From Asterias rubens (lineage: Eukaryota): a stretch of 64,000 bases of DNA. Each line of letters starts with the position of its first letter. The stretch's first letter is position 1. This document shows, piece after piece, positions 26,531 to 38,250 of this stretch. The position numbers and the translations under genes are program-made. The DNA lies in NCBI RefSeq assembly GCF_902459465.1, contig NC_047066.1, positions 6,076,001 to 6,140,000 on the forward strand. The letters are read 5' to 3'. The notes beneath the pieces were generated by a model that saw only the letters and a program-made list of their open reading frames with translations, did not search any database and was not told the DNA's origin.

Positions 26531-27038
26531 AATGGCTCGCAAAAACTTAACTGTAGGAAGGAAGGCTTAGTATGAAGTAAGTAACAAGAGTCACGCATGG
26601 AGACAAGACGTGTACAGTCGAAGTGTTGATGGCATAACCAACTATCGTTTAGATTAATTCTGTAGTCATTACCGAAAAGAGGTTGCATGGTTCATTATAC
26701 GCTTTTTCATAAGGTCAAATAATTGATTACCCCCAGCAGCTTATCAAAGAGTCGACCTCGTCGCACTTGTCATGTTTCCTGGACCTGCGATATCACATCG
26801 TTATCGTAACTGGATTATCGGACCCATCAAGACCTATCAAGCATGCTACTCGAGTCTGTGCATTCAAATTATTATTATTATATTAAAGGTAGTTGAGATG
26901 CACCAAGTGAGAAGACTGGTCTTTGATTATTACCAATAGTGTCCAGTGTCTTTAAAGCCATTTAAAAGCTGGCTTTTGACCTCATTAACAGTACACACTT
27001 GAGGGACATAGTTCATTGTCGTGTTCTTTGTACTTTAA

Positions 27039-27430
27039 GGGCACTTGCCAACTTTAGTAATTATTGTCAAAGACAAGTTTTCTCACTTGGTGTATCTCAA
27101 CTATGCATAAAATAACAAACCTGTGAAAATTTGAGCTCAATTGGTCGTCGAAGTTGCGAGAGATTAGTGGAAGAAAAAAACAACCTCGTCGCACAAGTTG
27201 TGTGCTTTCATGCTTGAATTCAAGACCTCAGCTGAGGTCTCAAATTCAATTCAAATATCATAGTCAGAAATTACTTCTTTCTTTAAAACTACGTCACTTC
27301 ATAATCAGAGGGAGCCCTTTCCTCACAATGTTATATACTATCAACAGCTCTCCATTGCTCGTGACCAAGTATGAGTTTTTGTGTTAACAATTATTGTGGG
27401 TATTACATTATAGCAAGCCTGTGCAGTGTT
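27039..27430. mobile_element. MITE family 1, diverged copy (plus an end fragment at 26888-26951)
   Basis: TTAA flanks, eroded TIRs and family interior. Confidence 0.7.
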
Positions 27431-28307
27431 TTAAAGCTATGTTTTAATGCTTTGACCTCATTAGTCCAAATTTATTTTATTATCAAAAGCACTCTGTATG
27501 GGCTGTTTTGGATCTGACAGTTCACAATTACTATCAGCATACACTTGAGAGATATATTTCACCTTTGTACTTAATCACACCATAAGGGTTTCACAATTGT
27601 GTTTATAACACCCTTTACAAACATTCTGCCTTTTCATTGGTTTATTAGAGCGCGTCACATGATATGTCTTGGTTTTACTAGAAACGGCGGCCGTGTGAAA
27701 GTGCATCGTTACGTCTGGGTACTGTCGAACGGCGTGCACTACCCAGACGTCTTTCTAACCACGTCGAACCCAATCAGTTGTGCTCTGTGTATCTGAAACG
27801 CGCGAACGAGCGTGACGTGTACAAGGATGATAAATAGTCTGTTGGGGGTGTTATAAAACAAATAGTGACTGCTTCCGAGTGCTATGGTTAAAACAACGAC
27901 TCCCTCGGTGATCCCCGGACCGTTCCATTTTCCCGAAGCGCATGCTCCGGGGAAATCCTCGGGAGTCGTATTTTTAAGTCAATATTTGTTTAATAGAAAG
28001 TGATAGTTCAACTTGAAAATCACTGTCTTTCCAAAAATAACATGATGTGAAACACAGCTGAAACAGTTTAAATTAAATTTCTGAAGTAATTTCTTTAGTA
28101 AAAACAAAATGTTAAACTGTACAATACATTGTACTCGATAATGTAAGTAAAGCACTTTATAACATGCTTATAAATCTTGCAAAATAGTTATTAATGTGAC
28201 CAACCGTCGTTTAACAAAGTACAAAGATTAGGGGAAATATATAGTTTAAGTCAGAGAATAGACTCTAAAGATTAAATTCGTGACGACAATGTACTCGCCT
28301 GCGGCTG

Positions 28308-29587
28308 GTGCATTCTATTAACGAATCTACACTTTCTCGTCCATTCTACTTAACCCTTCGGCTCGTGCATTCTATTCGCGAATCTATACTTTCTCGTCCA
28401 TTCTCCTAACCAATCGGCTCGTTTGTTCTATTCACGAATCTACACTTTCTCGTCCATTCTCATTAACCCTTCGGCTCGTGCATTTCACGAATCTACACTT
28501 TCTAGTCCATTCTACTTAACCATTCGGCTTGTGCATTTCACGAATCTACACTTTCTCGTCCATTCTACTTAACCATTCGGCTCGTTTATTCTATTCACGA
28601 ATCTACACTTTCTCGTCCATTCTCCTAACCAATCGGCTCGTTTATTCTATTCACGAATCTACACTTTCTCGTCCATTCTACTTAACCATTCGGCTTGTGC
28701 ATTCTATTCGCGAATCTATACTTTCTCGTCCATTCTCCTAACCAATCGGCTCGTTTGTTCTATTCACGAATCTACACTTTCTCGTCCATTCTCATTAACC
28801 CTTCGGCTCGTGCATTTCACGAATCTACACTTTCTAGTCCATTCTACTTAACCATTCGGCTTGTGCATTTCACGAATCTACACTTTCTCGTCCATTCTAC
28901 TTAACCATTCGGCTCGTTTATTCTATTCACGAATCTACACTTTCTCGTCCATTCTCCTAACCAATCGGCTCGTTTATTCTATTCACGAATCTACACTTTC
29001 TCGTCCATTCTCCTAACCAATCGGCTCGTTTATTCTATTCACGAATCTACACTTTCTCGTCCATTCTACTTAACCATTCGGCTCGTTTATTCTATCCACG
29101 AATCTACACTTTCTCGTCCATTCTCCTAACCAATCGGCTCGTTTATTCTATTCACGAATCTACACTTTCTCGTCCATTCTTCGGCTTGTGCATTTCACGA
29201 ATCTACACTTTCTCGTCCATTCTTCGGCTTGTGCATTTCACGAATCTACACTTTCTCGTCCATTCTCATTAACCCTTCGGCTCGTGCATTTCACGAATCT
29301 ACACTTTCTCGTCCATTCTACTTAACCCTTCGGCTTGTGCATTTCACGAATCTACACTTTCTCGTCCATTCTACTTAACCCTTCGGCTTGTGCATTTCAC
29401 GAATCTACACTTTCTCGTCCATTCTACTTAACCCTTCGGCTTGCGCATTTCACGAATCTACACTTTCTCGTCCATTCTACTTAACCATTCGGCTTGTGCA
29501 TTTCACGAATCTACACTTTCTCGTCCATTCTACTTAACCATTCGGCTTGTGCATTTCACGAATCTACACTTTCTCGTCCATTCTCCT
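28308..29587. repeat. Minisatellite, ~43-58-bp units (core tcacgaatctacactttctcgtccattct), roughly 23 copies
   Basis: Direct reading; there are no unique spacers. A 332-bp higher-order duplication is marked by cgcgaatctatac at 28377 and 28709. Confidence 0.95.
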
Positions 29588-30721
29588 TTACATAATTATT
29601 GAATGAACAATAACACCCTAAGAGCTTCATATCGGAATATTTCCATTGCAACTAATTCCTGCTCAGCTCATTGTCACATGGAGACAAAAATAAACAATGG
29701 TGCCAGACTTCATGAGGCAGAAGTGAAACTCTTTCTTCGTCCTGTTTTCATACGAGTAAACGATTTTATGAAGAGAGGTTGATTTCACAAAGTTAATTTT
29801 AGGACTATAGTCCTTGGACTCTTAAGGAGTTATCAAACAACTTAAGGATGGTCCTATGTTACTCGTCCTAACTCGAGATAAAAGACGAGTATTAACTCTT
29901 TGCGAAATCCACCACAGGACTCTCACAATGTCATGGTGCAGTTATAAAGTCAAGATAAATTTCAAACAGTTGATTACAAAAACTGTATACGTTGACAAGT
30001 TGAGTTTTTGCATTTTTGTGCATTACAATTTATATACATAACTTATACAGATCGTTGATACATATGAAAACCAAACCACTGTTACACCTATACATTCATA
30101 TAATGACACAGCCTAAAAGATCTACCCGGTTACAATGGGAAAACAATGGTCAAAGACAAAGACTAAAGCACCCCCTAGATCAGTCAATATTGTTGATAAA
30201 CAAACCGCCCTGGTTGGCATGGCCGGCCGAATGAATCGAATCGCTTTAACAGATACTGTTACAGATCCAAACACGTCTGCAAACTTCAAAAAAAAAATTA
30301 AAAGCTGTACATCTATGATTTGTTGCTTTGTTTCCAACAAATTCATCACTAATGCTTATTGTGTAACATTTTTACAAACTGTAATGGCTACCTGTTTTTG
30401 CGTTGCATTTATGGCTTTTCATAGTTTAAACCTCGGTTGGCAAAACTAGGGCTGTGACGTTGCAGTTAGAAAAGTTTCCTTCTTATCGACCTTCAGAATA
30501 TGTGCCATTCTTGCAACGGGTTCCTCAAACCATGGAGGAAGAACTCAAACAAGGTGCCTGCCACTGCGTGACGTCATTGGCGTCGCATGAAAGGCCCCTA
30601 AGCAGCTAAGCACAATCAAAAGTAAGCTAATACCAGAATAAGGTTACCAACCAAACTACTACGTCAAATGAACCATGGACCATCTTTGACAGGTACACCG
30701 CTCATAGGAATTCTGAACAAA

Positions 30722-30773
30722 CAAATGACTAAATGACTAAATGAATAAATGAATGAATGAATGAATGAATGAA
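30722..30773. repeat. (AATG)n-type microsatellite
   Basis: Direct reading. Confidence 0.85.
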
Positions 30774-32005
30774 AGACTTACATTAAAACTTTGTTCATAA
30801 AAAAAACTTGCCTCGGGTCAGCATCAACTGCTATGTAGAGGCACTCGTGAGAAACCGGCACCCTTCGTAACGAGCGCAGGACTTTCGTTCTACAATTCAG
30901 ACTCTCCATTTATGATTTTATATTTCAGAAAGAACATAGTGTTTAGACAGTTTTAAGCCTCGCACGAACCTGTTGATGATTTGTATAGTCCTGACTTAGG
31001 TTTAGTCATTTAGGAGGTATTACAAACTTAAGGCTAGTCCCAAGTTAGGACGAGTGACTCGACCTAACACGAGATCAGACTAGTCTGAACTCTTTGTGAA
31101 ATCCTTCCCTCAGACCCTTACGACACCGATCGAAACATTTCGGAGGTAAACAATTCTAACAAAAAAGAAAATCGGCCATTTATATGTTGTTATAAGAAAG
31201 CACATTGTAATTTAATGCTTAGACAGTTCTACGCCTCGCACGAATTCGAACACTAAGTGACCCTTGCGATACTTATCGTAACATTCCGGAGGTAAAAAAA
31301 AAATCCTAACAGAGAAGAAAATCGGCCATTTACATTTAGTTAAACTTTAGGAAAACAAAACACATTTTAATTTATAGTTCTAAGCCTTGCACGAACCCGA
31401 ACCCTTATTGTGAACCTTGCGATAGTCGAAACATTTCGTAGGCTATAAAAACATTCTCACAGAGAAGAAAATAGGTCATATACCTTTTCATTATACTTTC
31501 GTTGTGTGAGAATAACAAAAAATGTAATGGCTATATTAGTTCAATTAGACCCCTAGCGTTGTCCGCCAACACAAGCCGAGGTCAAACATAGGAACCTTGC
31601 GCTCGTCTAAACATCACACACAACTCTCAGCCAGTGCTAGGTTATCCTGAACATCTGACGTCATACTTCGAGGCTCGTGTGTGAGCTACGCCAGAAAGCT
31701 GCCGTCGATCCCATCGTCCATAATCACCTCTGACCTCGCATCATTTCACATGGCTTTCCAGCATGTTTCTGAAATTTGCAGTTAAATCTGACATAATGTA
31801 TACCACTGATCTCTATAATAGAGATCAGTGGTATAGAGATCAGTGGTATACATCAATCAGTACCTGTCCTTATTACAGGGGACCAGTCTAGCGCTAAAGG
31901 TCTTCACTGATATCAGTGAGGGACTGTTTTGAACTACTGACGTAATTCAATGGGTCTATTGAAAGAAGCCTATTATTAATTTAATTGCGTTTTGTAATAA
32001 CCACG

Positions 32006-35000
32006 TCAGCAATTCAATTTGGTGGCCTCACAGCTCGCATCCCAGAGTGCTTTAGCAAGCTCAGGGTCCTGCGCTCTAAGCGACGGCTCTACCACCTCTG
32101 AGTTATCGAAGTAGCTACCGGAAAGGTTCACGACCGACTCGTCTAAGGCACAGTGCAGGGTTGTCTGGGCTGCTGCTTTGTCGTCCAAGAAGATCAACCT
32201 GGGGAGGGGGAACGTGAAAGAGGGGTGGAAGTTATTGCATCGATGAAGTAATAATATGATGTAGGACCTACGGGAGGCATGTGATTTTTTTTGCTCACTT
32301 GGTGTATCCAAACTTTAGGCCTAGGCATAAAATAACAAACATGTCAAAATTTGGGCTCAATGGTCATCGAAGTTGCAAGAGAATAATGAAAGAAAGAAAA
32401 AACACCCTTGTTGCACATTACTCTATGTGCTTGCAGATGCATAATAAAAGGCTTCAGCTGAAGTCTTCTACATTTACTTCGGATGGAGCCAGTTCTCACA
32501 ATGTGTTAAATAATGAACAGCTCTCCGTTGCTCATGCCAAGTACGTTTTCATGCCAAACATGTTTTTGAGAAATTACCAATGGGGTGGATTTCACAAAGG
32601 TAGTCCTAACTTAGTACTAGTCCTAGGCAATGCTAAGAGATAGGACTGGTCCTAAGTTAGGACCAGTAACTCATCCTAACTTAGGGCTGGTCCTATCTCT
32701 TAGCATTGCCAAGGACTAGTCCTAAGTTAGGACTACCTTTGTGAAATCCACCGCGGTGCCTTTATAAAACGACAAGAAACAAACGAGTGCCTACCTCTGT
32801 GGGAGATACAGCAGCCCGGGCGAGTAAACAACTCCCGGGTGCAGCGAGACCGCAACGACCCCGGTGGACTCCAGCCGCCTCGCCAGCTCGCTACTGAAGA
32901 GAATGTTAGCCAGTTTGCTCTTAGAATACCCCTTAAGGTACGGGTATAGTATGGTATCTTTACCACCATCAGGGTCACTTCGAGTCATGTTGATCCCATG
33001 AGCAACTCTGTGGATGTATGAGGAAACGGTGACCACCCGACTGGGGGCGCTCTTCTTCAGTAGATCTAGGAGGAGGTTGGTGAGAAGGAAGTGACCGAAG
33101 TGGTTGGTGCCGAAAGCGAGATCGAAGTTGTCTACAGTTGCCGAGCCTTCCGTTGGTGGTACGAGAGCTATATTATAGGTTGATACGAAATGGAGATGAT
33201 ATCATTACTGATCTATCAATCCCAAGTTTGTTTTGAGTAAAGCTTGATTGCACATGACGTCATTGATGGATTGCACATGACGTCATTGACCAGCATCTTT
33301 GATGTAAAACAATGGAAAGTGCACGCGTGTTACGCACTGAGCACAACTCTCAGCCAATGAGAGTCTTACACGTGTGATTGTTTCATCGAAGATGGCGGCC
33401 AACATTGTGACAGATATATCTACCTTCATTGTTTATAAGTATGTCTAGCCTTTTCTCCTGCTCGTTTATCTCCTGGGCGAACTCTCTGACCGACTGCAAG
33501 CTGGACAGATCGAGATGACGGACCACAACCTCCGAGTTACCCGCACTACTCGTGATGTCCTTCGCTACGTCTTCGGCCTTCTGTAGATTGCGACAGGCGA
33601 GGATGACTCGAGCTCCTCGCTGGGCCAAGTCCAAAGTTGTCTCCCGACCGATACCCGTGTCTCCACCTTTTGAACGAAAAATTCAAATATCACTTGGTAA
33701 AAAAAGGTTGCCGAAGACTGGTCGAAAATTCGTGTTTTTTAATTAGTGTGTAATATATTTATTTCCAGGCAGGAGCACACAAACAATACATTCAACAAAC
33801 TAAACATCTGAGAACAAGCCTGTTGATAACCACTGCGAAAACAATTAACATCTTAAGGCGATTCAGACAATAACAAAAGTACAAACGTCATACAAAATTT
33901 GAAATAACTTTTTTTTATTATAACTCTTCATCATTTATTAAAGACACTGGACACTATTGGTAATTGTCAAAGACTAGTCTTCACAGTTGGTGTATCTGAA
34001 CATATTATGCATAAAATAACAAACCTGTGAAAATCTGAGCTCAATCGGTCGTCGAAGTTGCGGGATAGTAATGAAAGGAAAAAAAACCTTGTCACACGAA
34101 GTTGTGTGCTTTCTGATGCTTGATTTTGAGACCTCAAATTCTAAACTTGAGGTCTCGAATAGTTTCCACTGCCTTTAAATTACAATTCTCGGGAAATACT
34201 TCGTACATCAACCGAAAGCACATACATAAATTGTTGTCTCACATGTCTAACAGAATAAAACATCAAATTATTTTGTCATCTTCGTTGAAAGAGTTACTCA
34301 ATACATAAATAGAGCAGATTAAACAAAGCCATCACACGTTACGTTTGAAGCTTGTGCATGGTGTATAATATGGAAAAAAAAATAAGAACTGTTACTATAG
34401 GATAACAACCATGGCCCAGTTTCATAGAGCTGCTAAGCACAAAAATGTGCTTAACAAACAGGAAATTTCTTCCTTGATAAAAACAGGGTTACCAACCAAA
34501 TTTCTATGTGTTGCATTTTGCTTGTTACTGGTATTCAACTGTTGTTTTATCCTGAAAATCACATGGAAATTTGTTTGGTAATCCTGGTTCATCAAGGAAG
34601 AAATTTCATGCTTAGAAAATTGTTGTGCTTAGCAGCTCTATGAAATTGGGCCCAGGTGTAAATCTCTTTTGGGAGGAGTGTTTGCTCTGTGACGCTGTTC
34701 CAAACGTGAATACCACATAGGCTCTTTTCAGATCCATACAACCCTACCAGAAGAGAGTGGCATAATTACAGCATATTCAAAGACTGGCTTGTTTGTACAA
34801 CCACAGAGCAAGCACTCAGAGACAAACCTGGATTTCTTCACGAACGAAAAATTGTCTGAACTTCGAACCTAGAAACCACTTTCCAAACGGCTCACCGTGC
34901 CACATGCAGGAATGATACTTCACGGAGGCAACGAAGGCGAGTGCCTCCTTGCCCGTTGCTCATTGTCTTGGTGCTCTTGAAATGCTCAAAAGTAGGAATA

Positions 35001-35506
35001 TTACAATTTCCTCATAGGGTGCCCCATTTACCAAGGAGAAAAATGCCTTGGTGCCCTAATCTTCCCCTTGCCCAGTTCAAAAACGAAAAAAATGTAACGG
35101 CGCCAATATACCAGAGGGCGCCAACGACAGCCACACAATGACTGGTCCGTTGGCGCCAAAAATAAGGCGAAAAAACTACACGTCCTTGGACCTCATACTT
35201 TTGTCAAAAGGGGTGAAATGACTTCTCGGTCAATTCACCGTGCCGCTGGAATTCGTATAATCCATACACAGTGTGACGAAGCAGCCCTAGTAGAAAAAAT
35301 ACTATGCCATGGCCAGAGAAAAGAGCACAAAACAACAAACGTCTTACGACGTCACGGTCATCTTAGAATTTACCTGTGATGAGTACCGTCTTCCCATGAA
35401 GGTCCTCGTCGCTCGTGTACCAGCGAGAATTCCATACCAGGCTCCAACACCGAAAACCATACAGTATCAAGAGGCATACGGTTATATTTACACCAACACT
35501 TTCCAT
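32006..35506 (-). CDS. SDR gene F: divergent RDH11-14-like paralog (313 aa with proximal first exon, 316 aa with distal one)
   Basis: Proximal exon 1 35374-35506 (MESVGVNITVCLLILYGFRCWSLVWNSRWYTSDEDLHGKTVLITG), then exons 33424-33666, 32795-33167, 32006-32198. The frame is open if exon 3 splices at AG|GTAG (32795/32794). Motifs TGGDTGIG, NNEA and YSKSK. The exon 3-4 junction is less certain than in the other paralogs. Confidence 0.8.
32584..32752. mobile_element. 169-bp fold-back MITE (TIR GGTGGATTTCACAAAG) in intron 3 of gene F
   Basis: 79-bp arms with about 5 mismatches and an 11-nt loop. Diverged relatives at about 29775-29910, 30966-31108 and 47582-47648. Confidence 0.85.
33942..34174. 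mobile_element. MITE family 1, internally deleted
   Basis: TTAA-agacactggacactattgg ... tttccactgcct-TTAA. Confidence 0.8.
34412..34654. mobile_element. MITE family 3, full length
   Basis: tggcccagtttcatagagctgctaagcac ... gtgcttagcagctctatgaaattgggccca inverted termini. Confidence 0.8.
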
Positions 35507-36443
35507 AATTTTAGTTTAAATGTTGGTGTAGTAGAATCATCGAGCTATGATTAACAGTAGACTAACATAAACAAACTCCCACCGTCCCCCAGTTCTCCTG
35601 TTGCTGTATCATCAGTCCGTAGAACAAGATTAGCCCAAGCATCAGTTGTTCGTCGATTGATTTCTCAACGTACATACCCCTATCACATCCCCTATACCCC
35701 ACCAGTACACGTCATTCAATAACATCGTCGATTGTGCAACCTTCTTGAATTGATGCAGTGATGATAACCGTTGCTCTGCTGTGACGTAATTGTGTTTTTT
35801 GCTATGCTAATTAGACTGCTTGTTTATTCTGTCGTGGATATCCGGCCACCACTTCAAACCATAGACTGAGCTATGCGTTCAAACAGTGTCTTGTTCCTTT
35901 GAAGAGCAATGACAGTTGACCACCACCCTGTTACGGTTACACACCTATTTCCGACACCCCTATATTCTGACATCCCTATGTTCCACTTGCGAATCCTAAC
36001 CCTAAATCCTAACCTTATAACCATCGTGTAAGAGGGCTTTTTCGAAACATATAGGGGTGTCTACCTCCATGCTGATGTACAGAGCAGTTGCCCTCCTTGG
36101 ACCATGCTTGAACCATTGAACTAGGCCCTAAGGAAGAAACATACCCCCATGCTTAGATCCTTCATCCAAAACCATAACCTATTACATTTTAGGATTTTAC
36201 AAACAGATAAAGGACGTTGTGAAAACACACTTTGTTTTAATTCCTCAATAAAATCATAAAATCAAACCCATCAGTTCAGGGAAAACCCCCAATGACGTAG
36301 CAACAAGCCGGACTTCTCGATCTAAACCACTCTTTGAGGACTTCTCGATCTGACCACCTCATGGTCTGACCCTCCAAATAGGCTCCATGATTATCTGGAT
36401 TTTAGGATTTTACAAACAGATAAAGGCACCAACGTTCTCTTAA

Positions 36444-36824
36444 AGGCAGTGGACACTATTGGTAATTGTCAAAGACTAGCCTTCACAGTTGGTGTATCTC
36501 AACATATGCATAAAATAACAAACCGGTGAAAATTTGAGCTCAATCGGTCATCAAAGTTGCGAGATAATAATGAAAGAAGAAAACACCCTTGTCACACGAA
36601 GTTGTGTGCGTTTAGATGGTTGATTTCGAGACCTCAAGTTCTAAACTTGAGGTCTCGAAATCGAATACGTGGAAAATTACTTCTTTCTCCAAAACTGTGG
36701 CACTTCGCAGAGGGAGCTGTTTCTTACAATGTTTTATACCACCAACCTCTCCCCATTACTTGTCACCAAGAAAGGTTTTATGCTAATAATTATTTTGAGT
36801 AATTACCAATAGTGTCCACTGCCA
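36444..36824. mobile_element. MITE family 1, full length, between the two first exons of gene F
   Basis: TTAA-aggcagtggacactattggtaatt ... aattaccaatagtgtccactgcc. Confidence 0.88.
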
Positions 36825-38108
36825 TAATGCAAATGGCACGTCATCTTATCCAGTGTTTATGTATTGCAATTTGAAATACACTATCAATTATTATCAGAGG
36901 ACAATGTTATTGCTTATCATTTTGCGTTTTAGTTTTATGTAAAGAATAGAAAAAGGCGTTGGGCTAAGCTCCTTTTCAAAAGTATAAAAAAAATTCTACG
37001 GAGCGAGTTATAAAAAGACCCACGAATTGCTGCAATGACCTAGTGCTTGCTGAATTGCTGTACAAACAGGGAGGGTATACACAAACACGTGTCCTCTTTA
37101 GTCAACCGTTAAAAAATAAACTTTCAGTAAAAAGGCAGCCAATATAGATCAATCGAGTTAGTAAACAAAGCCCCCCCCCCGGTCCAGGGTTCAACAGACT
37201 TTTACAGGCCTCAAAGAAAATGTTTACAATGATGAATGGCCTTGTGTGGGCTTGCCACTACCGGTAGTGGGTAATTATTTATACGGTGCCCCAGTGCCAT
37301 TACACTGCGGATGGAATGATCTGGAACTTCCCCTGTTGAATAATATTCATGTCAGTAAATGTTCGTTTGAAATGAAGGACTCAATGTTTCAGTTTCGGGT
37401 CGTGCCCCTAATGTGGTGTAAGATTAGTGTCTGATGGCCCATATAATATACAGGTATCCCTCCATGCATGGTCAAACCATAGAGAAAGGACATTCTATGG
37501 TAAACCCATTGAGGTGTAATTTCAGATATCCCTCCTCGTGGCTTTGCTCAGCAAAGGCATTGTCAGGCAATTTGCTAGTTTGTAATACCATTTTAATATA
37601 ATAATCATGGGCACAGTAAAGGAGTGAGAACCAAATGTGGCATAATTGGCATAGGACATACGGTATTTTAAAATGAACAGACACACAGAACAGTCGCTTG
37701 GTAAATAGTTATCATCATTCGTTCGACCATCAATCAGACACCATAAAATGACTGTAAAATACTTTTAAAATATGATAATTGCAGCCATAAAAAGGTACAA
37801 ATAATAAGCAAAAACGGGTATTACCAGGGTGCAAACAAGTGCAGCTTAGCAAATGTCGATTTTCGAGGTATCATGCCGGTAATACCTCACTACAGTTATC
37901 ACGTTGTGCATTGGTTCTATAATGGTTACACCATAGGTTAATCATGGAGCTAGAACATTAATATAGCTCCATTGGTCTGTACACCTTTCACTTCGGTAAG
38001 GACAACCTTACTCTATGACTACGCACACACCGTTTACGAAAATAATGGGTCAATCCTCCAAGTCCAAACCATTTAATTGTGCAGCAATAAAACGTTTCAT
38101 GTAATTAC

Positions 38109-38250
38109 CTGTCACAATAATAGTCTTGCCTTGCAGGTCTACACTGCTGGTATAGTAGCGACGATCCCCCGTCAAACTCAGCGTGTATATACAGAAGATG
38201 CTAAACACCAACATGATGGCGTTTGCCATTATCGGTATACTAGCGTCCAT
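38109..38250 (-). CDS. Second (distal) SDR first coding exon upstream of gene F
   Basis: ATG-initiated 142-bp exon MDASIPIMANAIMLVFSIFCIYTLSLTGDRRYYTSSVDLQGKTIIVTG ending G|GTAAT (phase 1). Same length and motif as exon 1 of A-D and G, and frame-compatible with F exon 2. Confidence 0.8.

Noticed and set aside
28308-29587. CRISPR-like array
   Set aside because: The units are contiguous variants with no unique spacers, there are no cas genes, and the context is eukaryotic.
32006-33666. Calling gene F a pseudogene
   Set aside because: All exons splice in frame with canonical sites and YxxxK is intact; function is uncertain but no disabling lesion is proven.
35309-35554. Plus-strand 81-aa ORF (and similarly 26376-26570)
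   Set aside because: Antisense shadows of real minus-strand first exons.
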